Below, piece after piece: positions 29,110 to 39,534 of a DNA stretch of 57,452 nt. This DNA is from Bacteroidales bacterium. Lineage in GTDB: Bacteria; Bacteroidota; Bacteroidia; Bacteroidales; B18-G4. The DNA lies in assembly GCA_036351275.1 (NCBI GenBank), contig JAZBOU010000025.1, forward strand, positions 1 through 57,452, written 5' to 3'. Under the pieces are notes generated by a model. It saw nothing but the letters and a program-made list of their open reading frames with translations. It was not told the origin of the DNA and did not search any database. Positions within the stretch are counted from its first letter, which is position 1, and each line of letters begins with the position of its first letter. Both the position numbers and the translations under genes were made by a program.

Positions 29110-29749
29110 TGGCCAGGTTCTTTAATAATGGCACAAACCTGAAGGCGCCGTGATCTTCCTTGCGGAGGGTTCCGTCTGCTTCTTTCACAAAACGCGCCAT
29201 GACCTGTATCTCTCCGCGGCCGAGCGGCACAATGATCATCCCGCCTGTCTTAAGTTGTCCGGCAAGGCCTTTCGGAAGTTCCGGTGCTCCGGCAGTGATC
29301 AGAATGCGGTCGAATGGGGCAAAAGCAGGCAGACCCTTGTATCCGTCGCCATAAAAGACTTTCGCCTTGTAACCGAGTTCCGCCAGGAATTTCTTCGACC
29401 TGGTGTATAATTTTTTCTGCCGCTCGATGGTAAATACCTTTGCACCCAGTTCTTCCAGAACACATGCCTGGTATCCTGAACCGGTGCCGATCTCAAGCAC
29501 TTTGTGCCCGGGCTTGATTTCGCATAATTCCGTCTGAAAGGCAACGGTATACGGCTGGGATATGGTTTGTCCCGAACCGATAGGGAAGGGCTTGTCCTGG
29601 TATGCAAATTCAAGGAATGATGAATCGAGAAACAGGTGCCTGGGGATCTTATTGATGGCGGCGAGCACGCCCTCATCCTCTATCCCTTTCTCCCTGATCT
29701 GCTCAACAAGTTGTTTCCGTAATCCTTTGTGTTTATATGTGTCGATCAT
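29102..29749 (-). CDS. pcm: Protein-L-isoaspartate O-methyltransferase
   Basis: GQTISQP, VLEIGTGSGYQ, APFDRI..TAG, FRFVPL. Confidence 0.96.
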   Translation of the reverse strand: MIDTYKHKGLRKQLVEQIREKGIEDEGVLAAINKIPRHLFLDSSFLEFAYQDKPFPIGSGQTISQPYTVAFQTELCEIKPGHKVLEIGTGSGYQACVLEELGAKVFTIERQKKLYTRSKKFLAELGYKAKVFYGDGYKGLPAFAPFDRILITAGAPELPKGLAGQLKTGGMIIVPLGRGEIQVMARFVKEADGTLRKEDHGAFRFVPLLKNLAND

Positions 29750-29819
29750 CCCCTGCGAAAATAATAAATTCAGCCTTGCCGTTAGGCGAAAAAACCTACA
29801 TTTGCAAAAAATTTAAGGC

Positions 29820-30806
29820 ATGTTAAAAATTGGAGTACTCGGAGCCGGCCATTTAGGAAAGATCCATATAAAATGTATTAAACAGATCAGCGATTATGAA
29901 CTGGTGGGTTTTTATGATCCCGACGATGAGAATTCGGCAAAAGTAGAGGCAGAATTTGGCATTCGCAGGTATGAAAGCGTTTCTGCCCTGATTGAAGATG
30001 TTGAGGTTGTTGATATTGTTACGCCAACCGTATCGCATTACGAGTGTGCAACGGAAGCACTTCGAAAAACCCGCCACGTGTTCATCGAGAAACCCGTGGT
30101 TACAACACTGGATGAAGCCCGCAAACTTATTTCACTGTCGGAAGAAGCCAACATAAAGGTACAGGTGGGCCATGTTGAGCGTTTTAACCCGGCTTTCATT
30201 GCGGCCCAGCCTTTTTTTAACCATCCCATGTTCATTGAAACACATCGCCTTGCCCAGTTCAATCCCAGGGGGACGGATGTACCGGTTGTACTTGATCTCA
30301 TGATACATGATATCGACATTGTACTCAGTGTGGTGAAATCCGATATACACCGCATCAGCGCAAGCGGGGTGTCGGTGGTCAGCGATACCCCTGACATTGC
30401 CAATGCGCGTATTGAATTTAACAATGGTTGTGTAGCAAACCTGACAGCCAGCAGGATCTCGATGAAGAATATGCGAAAATCCCGTTTTTTCCAGCGCGAT
30501 GCATACATTGCTGTTGATTTCCTTGATAAGGAATCTGAGATCTTACGGCTTAAAGACATTGACCCTGAGAATGCCGATCCCTATGCAGTGATCATGGAAC
30601 TGGGTGAAGGAAAAGCACCAAAACAGGTGATTTTCGATAAACCGGAAGTGGAGCCCCTGAACGCAATACTTACTGAATTGCAGACATTTCATGATGCCAT
30701 TGCAAATGACACCACGCCACCGGTCACCATAAATGATGGCTACAATGCCCTGGATGTCGCTCACAGGATCATTGATAAGCTGAGTATCAATCCCAGCAAC
30801 CTGTAA
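29820..30806 (+). CDS. Gfo/Idh/MocA family oxidoreductase
   Basis: GAGHLG, EKP, VGHVERFNP, DLMIHDID. Confidence 0.92.
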   Translation: MLKIGVLGAGHLGKIHIKCIKQISDYELVGFYDPDDENSAKVEAEFGIRRYESVSALIEDVEVVDIVTPTVSHYECATEALRKTRHVFIEKPVVTTLDEARKLISLSEEANIKVQVGHVERFNPAFIAAQPFFNHPMFIETHRLAQFNPRGTDVPVVLDLMIHDIDIVLSVVKSDIHRISASGVSVVSDTPDIANARIEFNNGCVANLTASRISMKNMRKSRFFQRDAYIAVDFLDKESEILRLKDIDPENADPYAVIMELGEGKAPKQVIFDKPEVEPLNAILTELQTFHDAIANDTTPPVTINDGYNALDVAHRIIDKLSINPSNL

Positions 30807-30908
30807 TTTACAAAGAGTCTAAATTTATCTTCCGCTAGCGGAAGATACAATAAAGAATCAGCAGATACGTTGAATAATTTAAACGTCGATTACATAAAAG
30901 AACCCTGC

Positions 30909-31859
30909 ATGAACTGCAAAAGTCTACGCTTTTCACTTTTTTCAATCGCGCTGCTTTTTATCTTATCCTTCCTCGGTTCTTGCCAGAAATTTGAAGGTGA
31001 CCAGACTGTTCCCGCTTATATCAGGATCGATTCTATCATCATGCAAACCAATTATGAAGAAGAGGGAGCACCAACATCAAATATTACGGATGCATGGGTT
31101 TACATAAACGATGAAGCCATCGGTGCATATGAACTGCCGGCTGTCTTCCCCGTGCTTGCCAGCGGTCTGATAACCGTCAGGGTTGATCCGGGCATCGAAC
31201 TCAACGGGATTGCCGCACTCCGAACACCCTATCCGTTTTACAAGCCCATCGTTCAGGATGTCATGCTTGTAGAGGGCGAGGAGGTAAACCTGAATACCGA
31301 TACACTTTATTACGACGGGGAGGAAGTACCCTATACCATGACCACCGGGTATTACGAAAACCTGGAGTTCGTGTGGATGGAAGATTTTGAGGATCCCAGT
31401 TTGTCGCTCGACAGCACCAGCAAGAGCCTGACCGACATCACCAGGACCAATCCGGCCAATAGCCCCGAGGCTTTCCTTTCCGATTACAGCAAGTATTCGG
31501 GACTGATGGTCCTCACCACCGACAAATGGCTGGTCGACGTGGCGACCAACGTTGGGTATGAGGACGGATTTGTTCTGCCCAAATTAGGACAGCCTGTCTT
31601 TCTTGAAGTCGACTTTAAGAACAACAACTATTTCACGGCAGGGTTTTATGCAAGGGAACAGTCGCAGATCATACAGAATCCCGTTGTAAACATGAACCCG
31701 ACATCCGAATGGAAGAAGATATATATTAACCTGACCCCGGGTGTGAGCTCACAGGTCAATGCCATTGATTTCAACATATTTTTTGGTTCAACCAAGGAAA
31801 ATGCAGTGGATGAACCCAGGATACTCATCGATAATGTTAAACTGATCCATCGTAAATAG
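30909..31859 (+). CDS. Hypothetical lipoprotein
   Basis: ATG at 30909, lipobox LGSC; ITDAWVY and WKKIYINL segments. Confidence 0.75.
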   Translation: MNCKSLRFSLFSIALLFILSFLGSCQKFEGDQTVPAYIRIDSIIMQTNYEEEGAPTSNITDAWVYINDEAIGAYELPAVFPVLASGLITVRVDPGIELNGIAALRTPYPFYKPIVQDVMLVEGEEVNLNTDTLYYDGEEVPYTMTTGYYENLEFVWMEDFEDPSLSLDSTSKSLTDITRTNPANSPEAFLSDYSKYSGLMVLTTDKWLVDVATNVGYEDGFVLPKLGQPVFLEVDFKNNNYFTAGFYAREQSQIIQNPVVNMNPTSEWKKIYINLTPGVSSQVNAIDFNIFFGSTKENAVDEPRILIDNVKLIHRK

Positions 31860-31865
31860 AAACAT

Positions 31866-33281
31866 ATGAACAAAAGCTTACAGGTTTTCAAGTATGTGTT
31901 CCTTGATGTAATATCAGCGGCCATTGCCTGGAGTTTGTTCTTCTTTTTCCGGAAGTATTCGTTCGATGTTTACACATTCAAGGAACTGGAACTCATTTTT
32001 CACGACCCCAACTTCTATATCGGTGTTGTCGTGGTTCCCGTATTCTGGCTGATCCTGTATACACTGGTAGGTACCTACACCAAGATATACCGGAAGTCGC
32101 GTCTAAAAGAGCTCGGGCAGACATTTCTCATTACTCTGATCGGGGTCACTTTCATTTTCTTCGTGCTCATCCTCGATGACCAGATCGCGACATATCATTC
32201 GTATTATCAGTCATTCCTTACCTTACTGGGCCTGCATTTTTTCTTTACTTATTCTTTCAGGCTGATCCTCACGACCATCACTGTCAGGAAGATCCATAAG
32301 AAGATCATCGGGTTTAACACGGTGATCGTGGGCAGCAACGGGAATGCAATTTCCATATACAACGACATTGAAGCACAGGAAACCTCCTCAGGGAATAAGT
32401 TTGTTGGCTTTGTAAATGTTTTCGACTACGAGGAGTATAAGATCGCAAAGTTCATCCCGCACCTTGGCAGCTATGACCAGTTGAAGCAAATTATTAAGGA
32501 TGAACAGGTAGAAGAGGTCATCATTGCCATTGAACGTTCGGAGCGCAGTACCATTGAAAAGATCATTACGCTGCTTGAAGATACGAATGTGGTGATAAAG
32601 GTGATCCCTGACATGCAGGACATATTGCTGGGTTCGGTTAAGATGACCTCGGTCTTCCATACTCCCCTGATACAGATCGCACCCGATATCATGCCTGCCT
32701 GGCAGCGGTCGATCAAAAGGATCATCGATATCCTCGTTTCCCTTATTGCCATGATCCTGCTTATTCCTGTATATCTTTTCGTAGCCATAGGGGTAATGCT
32801 CTCATCCAGGGGGCCTGTATTTTATTCCCAGCAGCGAATAGGGCTCAATGGCGTACCTTTTTATATGCATAAATTCCGTACCATGTACCAGGACGCGGAG
32901 CGTGCCGGGCCTCAGCTTTCATCTGACAATGATCCCAGGATCACAAAATTTGGCAGGTTTCTCAGAAAGGTGCGGCTGGATGAAACTCCCCAGTTCTATA
33001 CTGTACTGAAAGGCGATATGTCGCTGGTCGGGCCACGCCCCGAACGGCAATATTATATCGACAAGATCGTGAAACAGGCACCGCATTACAGGTTATTGCA
33101 TAAGGTCAAACCGGGCATTACTTCCTGGGGACAGGTAAAATACGGCTATGCTTCTGATGTGGATGAGATGATCCAACGGCTTAAATACGACCTGCTATAC
33201 ATCGAGAACATGTCGCTGGCCATGGACTTCAAGATCATGATCTACACTGCCCTTATTGTTCTGCAGGGAAGGGGGAAGTAG
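31866..33281 (+). CDS. Polyprenyl glycosylphosphotransferase (WcaJ/WbaP-like sugar transferase)
   Basis: N-terminal TMs, KRIIDI, KFRTM, DPRIT..G.FLR..RLDE.PQ, GDMSLVGPRP. Confidence 0.93.
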   Translation: MNKSLQVFKYVFLDVISAAIAWSLFFFFRKYSFDVYTFKELELIFHDPNFYIGVVVVPVFWLILYTLVGTYTKIYRKSRLKELGQTFLITLIGVTFIFFVLILDDQIATYHSYYQSFLTLLGLHFFFTYSFRLILTTITVRKIHKKIIGFNTVIVGSNGNAISIYNDIEAQETSSGNKFVGFVNVFDYEEYKIAKFIPHLGSYDQLKQIIKDEQVEEVIIAIERSERSTIEKIITLLEDTNVVIKVIPDMQDILLGSVKMTSVFHTPLIQIAPDIMPAWQRSIKRIIDILVSLIAMILLIPVYLFVAIGVMLSSRGPVFYSQQRIGLNGVPFYMHKFRTMYQDAERAGPQLSSDNDPRITKFGRFLRKVRLDETPQFYTVLKGDMSLVGPRPERQYYIDKIVKQAPHYRLLHKVKPGITSWGQVKYGYASDVDEMIQRLKYDLLYIENMSLAMDFKIMIYTALIVLQGRGK

Positions 33282-33288
33282 TAGGCAG

Positions 33289-33374
33289 TCCCGAAAAAAT
33301 GCAAATCTTTGATTTGCTCTTTTTTCGAGGATCCACGAAAAACAATGAAATCGAAGATTTCTGGTTTTTCGGGA
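33289..33374. mobile_element. 86-bp MITE/REP-doublet-like element
   Basis: 10-bp terminal inverted repeats TCCCGAAAAA/TTTTTCGGGA, two internal hairpins, TAGGCAG on both sides. Confidence 0.6.
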
Positions 33375-33403
33375 TAGGCAGTAGGCAGTAATACCCCCAA
33401 CTT

Positions 33404-33438
33404 CCATGTTCGATATTCATTATTCGTTATTCGTTATT
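33404..33438. repeat. Heptamer array (CGTTATT family) x5
   Basis: ccatgtt cgatatt cattatt cgttatt cgttatt, abutting the stop at 33439. Confidence 0.8.
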
Positions 33439-34026
33439 CTACAGCTGCCCGTTCTCTATCATTTGCACAATAAATTCAATATTCCTGTCTTCTCCGAGGG
33501 GATCATATTCATTTTTTAAATTGAAACCAAACAGGCGGGCAAAAGCCTGCCAGAAGAATGCCCTGAATTTCCCTCTCAGTTCAGCAACAAGGTCGTAGGA
33601 TGAGGAACCTGTTTCCCTGTATACGAGCTTAATAAGGATCTTTCCCTGGGTAAAGGTAAGATCACGAAGGTCATCGCCGAATTCAGCATCCAGTTCCTCT
33701 TCAGCCTGCTTCATGATCTTCCTGCGGGTTTTCTGGTCTTCAATACCGGCAAGGATCTCTTCATACTCCTTTAGCTTGATGCCGGCCAGTTTTGCATAAG
33801 GGTAGACACGTTTAACATTATAGATCAGGCGCGTCATTTTGCGCTCTGCGCGCCGGGTTTTAAAAGGCTTGAATGACAGCACTTTAAGTTCAGGCAGGAG
33901 GACCACCGGAATAGTATCGCCATCCAGCATTGTCGCATAAACCACAATACGTTCTTTCTCTTCTTCCTGGGCAAAAGCAGGCAGGAGAAACAGGACGAAC
34001 ATACATATTAGCAGAAAGCGCTTCAT
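33439..34026 (-). CDS. DUF4294 family protein
   Basis: GDTIP, VKRVYPYAKLA, LT..QGKILIKL..RETG, FFWQ..ARLFG..LK. Confidence 0.85.
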   Translation of the reverse strand: MKRFLLICMFVLFLLPAFAQEEEKERIVVYATMLDGDTIPVVLLPELKVLSFKPFKTRRAERKMTRLIYNVKRVYPYAKLAGIKLKEYEEILAGIEDQKTRRKIMKQAEEELDAEFGDDLRDLTFTQGKILIKLVYRETGSSSYDLVAELRGKFRAFFWQAFARLFGFNLKNEYDPLGEDRNIEFIVQMIENGQL

Positions 34027-34103
34027 GGTAACTGCATACAGGCAATTATCATGCCGTATGCCTTTATAAAGATACGTAAGAAGACCTTAAAAAATTGTTA
34101 ATC

Positions 34104-35342
34104 TTATGCAACCTTAAGTTTGGAGATATTCGATTTTTTCAGTTTGCTTTGAGCATATTCAAGGTTGATGCGGAGGTCAGAGGTATCGCCATTCGAAGGC
34201 AGATCAAACATGGCATCGGTGAGGATAGCTTCCAGTATAGACCTTAAGCCACGGGCTCCCAGTTTGAATTCGATCGCTTTGTCGACCATGAACTCAAGTG
34301 CTTCTTCCTCGAAGGAAAGGTTGATATTATCCATGGCAAACAGCTTGGTAAATTGCTTGATAAGGGAGTTTTTGGGTTCGATAAGTATTCTTCGCAAGGC
34401 ATCCTTTTCGAGTGGGTTCAGGTATGTCAATACCGGCAGGCGTCCGACGATCTCCGGGATAAGGCCGAATTCTTTCAGGTCGCCGGGGGCGATATACTGC
34501 AACATATTTTCCTTGTTAACCGCCTGTTTCCCCTTATCAAAATTATAGCCGATCATATTGGTCTGAAGTCTGGAGCCGATGATCTTGTCGATGGAATTGA
34601 ACGCACCGCCTGCGATGAAGAGGATATTGCGGGTATTCACCTGTATCATCTTCTGCTCGGGATGCTTTCTGCCGCCCTGCGGAGGCACATTCACCTCAGC
34701 ACCCTCAAGGAGCTTCAGCAGTGCCTGCTGTACGCCTTCACCTGAAACATCGCGGGTGATACTGGGATTGTCGCTTTTGCGGGCGATCTTGTCGATCTCG
34801 TCGATAAATATGATGCCCTTCTCAGCAGCCGCTACATTGTAATCCGCTGACTGCAGCAACCGGGAGAGAATGCTTTCCACATCTTCTCCGACGTAGCCTG
34901 CTTCGGTTAACACGGTTGCATCGGCTATACAGAAAGGCACGTGGAGCATGCGGGCTATGGTCCTGGCAAGAAGGGTTTTTCCGGTACCGGTTTCTCCAAC
35001 GATCACAATATTCGACTTCTCGATCTCGATCTCTTCTTCGTCTTTTTCGGAGTGGGGCTGGGTGATCCTTTTGTAATGGTTGTAGACGGCGACGGAAAGC
35101 ACACGTTTGGCTTCTTCCTGCCCGATCACATACTGGTCGAGGTGTTTTTTGATCTCGGCCGGTTTGAGCAATTTAATATCTCCCAGTTTCAGTTCATGCT
35201 TCGATGCCATCTCCTCACGGATGATGGCCTGGGCCTGTTCAACACAAAGGTCGCATATATGCCCTTCCAGGCCAGCGATCAATACATTTGTTTCTGCTTT
35301 GACCCTGCCGCAGAATGAGCACCTGTCTGTTTCTCTCGCCAT
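34104..35342 (-). CDS. clpX: Clp protease ATP-binding subunit ClpX
   Basis: CSFC...CDLC zinc finger, [39 protein letters not shown]. Confidence 0.98.
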   Translation of the reverse strand: MARETDRCSFCGRVKAETNVLIAGLEGHICDLCVEQAQAIIREEMASKHELKLGDIKLLKPAEIKKHLDQYVIGQEEAKRVLSVAVYNHYKRITQPHSEKDEEEIEIEKSNIVIVGETGTGKTLLARTIARMLHVPFCIADATVLTEAGYVGEDVESILSRLLQSADYNVAAAEKGIIFIDEIDKIARKSDNPSITRDVSGEGVQQALLKLLEGAEVNVPPQGGRKHPEQKMIQVNTRNILFIAGGAFNSIDKIIGSRLQTNMIGYNFDKGKQAVNKENMLQYIAPGDLKEFGLIPEIVGRLPVLTYLNPLEKDALRRILIEPKNSLIKQFTKLFAMDNINLSFEEEALEFMVDKAIEFKLGARGLRSILEAILTDAMFDLPSNGDTSDLRINLEYAQSKLKKSNISKLKVA

Positions 35343-35378
35343 AATATCTTTTACTGCAGAGAGTTTATACGGAGATTA

Positions 35379-36053
35379 TTACTTTTTGTTCTTTACCAGT
35401 ACCTCGTCAATCATGCCATACTTCTTGGCTTCTTCACTTGTCATCCAGAAATCACGGTCTCCATCATCCCATACTTTCTGGTATTTCTGGCCTGAATGGG
35501 CCGCGATGATCTCGTATAACTCCTTCTTAAGCTTTTGGATCTCACGGGCTGTGATCTCAATATCGGATGCCTGGCCTGAAGCACCACCCATAGGCTGGTG
35601 GATGAGTACCCTTGAATGACTCAGCGCAGTGCGTTTACCTTTGGTTCCCGCACACAACAAGACAGCACCCATTGAAGCAGCCATACCGGTACAAATGGTG
35701 GCTACATCGGGAGCAATATATTGCATGGTGTCGTAAATCCCCAGTCCGGCATAAACGGAGCCGCCGGGTGTATTCAGGTAGATCTGAATATCTTTTCCCG
35801 AGTCGGCAGATTCCAGGAACAGGAGCTGGGCCTGGATGATGTTGGCCACATAGTCGTTAATGGGAACTCCCAGGAAAATGATGCGATCCATCATCAGCCT
35901 CGAAAAAACATCCATGGTGGCAATGTTCATCTGCCTTTCCTCAATAATGGTAGGAGAAATATAATTGCCGTACACCGAAGTGTAATTGTCGAGGGTAACA
36001 CTGCTGATACCCATGTGCCTCGTAGCAAATTTCTTGAATTCTTCAGGATTCAT
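35379..36053 (-). CDS. clpP: Clp protease proteolytic subunit
   Basis: DVFSRL..DRIIFL, AASMG, IHQP.GG. Confidence 0.98.
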   Translation of the reverse strand: MNPEEFKKFATRHMGISSVTLDNYTSVYGNYISPTIIEERQMNIATMDVFSRLMMDRIIFLGVPINDYVANIIQAQLLFLESADSGKDIQIYLNTPGGSVYAGLGIYDTMQYIAPDVATICTGMAASMGAVLLCAGTKGKRTALSHSRVLIHQPMGGASGQASDIEITAREIQKLKKELYEIIAAHSGQKYQKVWDDGDRDFWMTSEEAKKYGMIDEVLVKNKK

Positions 36054-36067
36054 CCTTGATAATTTTT

Positions 36068-37153
36068 TTATTTGGTTTCAGTGGCTAATTTAATAAAATC
36101 GTCATAACTCACTTCTTTATTACGCAGTTTTACGGTCGATTTCAGTAAGTCCCGCATGCGGTTGTCAAGCAATTGATCGTATATACGTTTCACCTCTTCC
36201 TGGTTTTGCATGATGCTGTCGGCGATCTCGTTCAGTCTTTTCCTGGTTTCTTCATCCACTTCACCGGGAGTCTGGAAATAGCTCATGATCTGCTCCCTTA
36301 CATCATCGGGAGTGACCTGGATATCATGATCTTTCACGATCTTACTCTCGATCAGTTGCCATTTTAGCGCCCTGGCGTATTCTCCGTAGTGTGATTCAAT
36401 ATCCTCCGCTTTTACCTGTGCTTCACCGCTTTCTGCAAGCCAGCGCTTCATAAATTCGTCAGGAAGTTCGAGGCCTGAAGTATCGATCAGCTTGTCGGCG
36501 ACATGTCGCATGAACAAGCGGTCGCTTTCATGACCGAAACTTAGTTCGAGCTGCTCGGCAAGCTTTTCCCTGAAGGTTGCTTCATCTTTGATGTCCTGTC
36601 CGGGAAATACAGCTGAATAGAATTCTTCGTTAAGCTCAGCGGGCTCTATCTTTGCTTCCCCATCTTTTCCTTCTTCCGTTTCAACGGCTTTGCCGTTTTT
36701 CATCCTGAGGTCTTCTATGTACTTGTCAATGCTTTTATCGTCGACCTTGATCTTATGGTAATTCACCTTGATCTTATCGTTGATCTCGATGTTTATTTCA
36801 GGCTGAAGAGCAATGTCGAAGAAGAATTCAAGTGTATCCTGCGTGTCGAAATCGATCTGTTTCTGCTTATCTTCATTTGGGAGGGGATGTCCCAGCGTTT
36901 TTATTTCGTTTTCAGTAAGGTAGTTGTTCAGGTTTTCCGATATGATCTTGTTGATCTCTTCGGCAAGAACGGCCCTGCCATACATTTTTTTGATCATGCC
37001 CATGGGTACTTTCCCGGGCCTGAACCCCGACATGTTGGCATTCTTCTGGTAATCTTTCAGTACCTTATTTACCTGGTCCTGATAATCTTCCTTTGTGACT
37101 TCGATCTTTACCGTCGCAGTGAGATCGCCGGTTGCTTCCTGTGTAATGTTCAT
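36068..37153 (-). CDS. tig: Trigger factor, short form (361 aa)
   Basis: Ribosome-binding motif GFRPGKVP and tig-clpP-clpX order; central domain appears absent. Confidence 0.92.
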   Translation of the reverse strand: MNITQEATGDLTATVKIEVTKEDYQDQVNKVLKDYQKNANMSGFRPGKVPMGMIKKMYGRAVLAEEINKIISENLNNYLTENEIKTLGHPLPNEDKQKQIDFDTQDTLEFFFDIALQPEINIEINDKIKVNYHKIKVDDKSIDKYIEDLRMKNGKAVETEEGKDGEAKIEPAELNEEFYSAVFPGQDIKDEATFREKLAEQLELSFGHESDRLFMRHVADKLIDTSGLELPDEFMKRWLAESGEAQVKAEDIESHYGEYARALKWQLIESKIVKDHDIQVTPDDVREQIMSYFQTPGEVDEETRKRLNEIADSIMQNQEEVKRIYDQLLDNRMRDLLKSTVKLRNKEVSYDDFIKLATETK

Positions 37154-37212
37154 GCACGTTTACTGTTTAATTTCGGGCTGCAAAGATATAAAATAAAACC
37201 ATGCTATCATGG

Positions 37213-37240
37213 AAATTGGAGTTTGGCGTTTGGAGTTCGG
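37213..37240. repeat. Heptamer array (AGTTTGG family) x4
   Basis: aaattgg agtttgg cgtttgg agttcgg, 3 nt from the kinase stop. Confidence 0.7.
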
Positions 37241-37243
37241 ATT

Positions 37244-39217
37244 TTATTCAACCACTGCCGGGTGGTAAGGCAACTCAACATAAAAAGTTGAACCCTTGCC
37301 TATATCTGAAACAAGATAGATGGTCCCCTCCATTAAACTGACCAGTTCCTTGCTTATGGCAAGTCCGAGGCCTGATCCTCCATGCTGCCGTGTTGTGCTG
37401 TCATCAACCTGGCGAAAACGTTCGAAGATCATCTCAAAATTACTCCTTTCAATACCGATACCCGTATCCTGAACAAATATCTTCATTGTTTTGCCATCTA
37501 TTATTTCATATCCGAAATCAACACGCCCTTCACGGGTAAAGATCATGGCATTGCTGAGGAGGTTGAAAATTACCTGCGAGATTCTTCTTTTATCTCCCTT
37601 GCAGAAATGTTTCTCTGCATCTTCCGGTGCTTTATATTGAAATACCAGTGATTCCTTATTGCTTTCTTTCTTTTCTTTCTCAAAAAAAGCCAAAAGGTCC
37701 TCGAAGATCTGATGAGGCTGGCAGATGTCAAAATCCAGCTTCATCTGGCCTGTTTCAATAGAGGAGATGTCGATAATATCATTGAGAACCTTGAGCAATT
37801 GACGGCTGGAGGAGGCTATATACGAGAGATAGAGTTTGCTCTGTTCTTCCGTTACATTGCCCTTTTGCAGCAGGTCTGTGAACCCCATGATCCCGTTCAT
37901 AGGGGTCCTGAGCTCATGCGAAATATTGACAAGGAAAGTTGTTTTCAGGCGGTCAGATTCTTCCGCCTTTTCCTTGGCCTTGATAAGCTCCTGGCGGCTC
38001 TTAAGGATTTCCTCATGCTGCGAGAGCAATTGTCTCCAGGCCCGCATCCTGAGCTGGTATTGCCTCATGAGGAGTATCGTAAATATGGCGATCAATATCA
38101 TAAAAGATACCAGGGTGATCAGGATGATCTGTTGCCTTCTGATCTTTGTTTTCTGCTCACGCATCCTGGTATTCTGGATCTCCATTTCATTCTCTTTTTG
38201 CTGGGTCTCATATGCACTGGTCAGGGCGACAAGCTCTGATGATGTTTCAACAGTGAAAATAGAGTCCTGGAGGTGATGCCACAAAGAAAAATATTCAAGC
38301 GCTGTTTTGTAATCCTTTTTGGCTTTATAAACCTCATATATACCAAGATAAGCATCCAGGATAGGAGTGGTCAGGTTCATGCGTAAGACAATGTCCAGCC
38401 CCTGCTTGTAATAATCTAGTGCTGCCTCATATTCTTCAGTTTCCCTGTACAGGTTGCCGATATTGATATAGCTTTCTGCCTGCCCACTTGGTGATCTTGC
38501 CAGCTTGTATTCTTCCACGGTTTTGAAATAATACTCCGCCGCCTTTTCGAAGTCCTGGTCCTCCAGGTAATAACCTCCGATATTTCCGCTCGCAGTGGCG
38601 ATCATCTTATGATCCTTGGCCAGTTGAGCAAGCTCAAGAGCCTGGAAATAATAGTTGATCGCTTTCTCCCTCATCCCCAATTCGTCATACAGAGTAGCTA
38701 TATTGTTAAGGGTCTTGGATTGCCCTAAAGTATCACGTAACAAACCATCAACTTCGTAACTTTTCTCGTAATATTTAAGCGAGATGTTTTTCTCACCCCA
38801 GGTATCATATATAACCCCAATATTATTCAATGATCTTGAGATCCCTGCGGAATCATTAATCTCATTGCAGATCTTAAGGGATTCGAGGTAGAGGTCCATC
38901 GCCTTTCTGTAGTTTCCCCAAAATAAATGAATATTACCCAGCTTGCTCTGCATTTCCGACAGCCGGCTTTTATCATTAAGTGAGTCTGCAATACGCATCC
39001 CCCGATTATAATAAATGGAAGCAGAGTCATACTTCTCGGCTTCATTATAGATGAATGCAAGATCGTAGAGTATTGACAGTATTACTGCACTGTCACCTAC
39101 TTGCTGGGCACTATCAAGCTGAACTAAAAGTGAATCGGGCTCAATGGCTACGGAATCATATCCCCGCATCATTAAGAGGAGTATAATCAGGTATAAAATT
39201 AACTTTTCTATCTTCAA
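37244..39217 (-). CDS. Sensor histidine kinase with periplasmic TPR domain
   Basis: TPR repeats, TM helix, H-box SHELRTPMN, NLLSNA, DTGIG, GSGLGL. Confidence 0.92.
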   Translation of the reverse strand: MKIEKLILYLIILLLMMRGYDSVAIEPDSLLVQLDSAQQVGDSAVILSILYDLAFIYNEAEKYDSASIYYNRGMRIADSLNDKSRLSEMQSKLGNIHLFWGNYRKAMDLYLESLKICNEINDSAGISRSLNNIGVIYDTWGEKNISLKYYEKSYEVDGLLRDTLGQSKTLNNIATLYDELGMREKAINYYFQALELAQLAKDHKMIATASGNIGGYYLEDQDFEKAAEYYFKTVEEYKLARSPSGQAESYINIGNLYRETEEYEAALDYYKQGLDIVLRMNLTTPILDAYLGIYEVYKAKKDYKTALEYFSLWHHLQDSIFTVETSSELVALTSAYETQQKENEMEIQNTRMREQKTKIRRQQIILITLVSFMILIAIFTILLMRQYQLRMRAWRQLLSQHEEILKSRQELIKAKEKAEESDRLKTTFLVNISHELRTPMNGIMGFTDLLQKGNVTEEQSKLYLSYIASSSRQLLKVLNDIIDISSIETGQMKLDFDICQPHQIFEDLLAFFEKEKKESNKESLVFQYKAPEDAEKHFCKGDKRRISQVIFNLLSNAMIFTREGRVDFGYEIIDGKTMKIFVQDTGIGIERSNFEMIFERFRQVDDSTTRQHGGSGLGLAISKELVSLMEGTIYLVSDIGKGSTFYVELPYHPAVVE

Positions 39218-39286
39218 GATGATAGGGTCTAAATTACAGAAAATGATTAGTTTGGGTTAATCTGTCAACGGCAGATCATGTTTCTG

Positions 39287-39368
39287 TGCGGATGAAGGGA
39301 CTCGAACCCCCACGCCTTTCGGCACCAGATCCTAAGTCTGGCGTGACTACCAATTCCACCACATCCGC
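39287..39368 (-). tRNA. tRNA-Leu (anticodon TAG), CCA not encoded
   Basis: Reverse complement GCGGATG...CCAGA-CTTAGGA-TCTGG, long variable arm, GGTTCGAGTCC, CATCCGC-A. Confidence 0.96.
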
Positions 39369-39534
39369 TCGCGCGGCAAAGATATGGATTTTCCATCCAA
39401 CGAAACATTCGATCCCGCAATAAAAATGAAATTATAAAGTTATTCTCTTAACGAGGCAACGAAAGCAGTCGAAACCCATCTCATTCCTATAGACAGTAGT
39501 ATTACATTAGTTTAATTTTTCCAGGAATAGCATC

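Noticed and set aside
39287-39368. tRNA-Leu as an island integration site
   Set aside because: No integrase and no duplicated tRNA 3' end seen; flanking genes look native.
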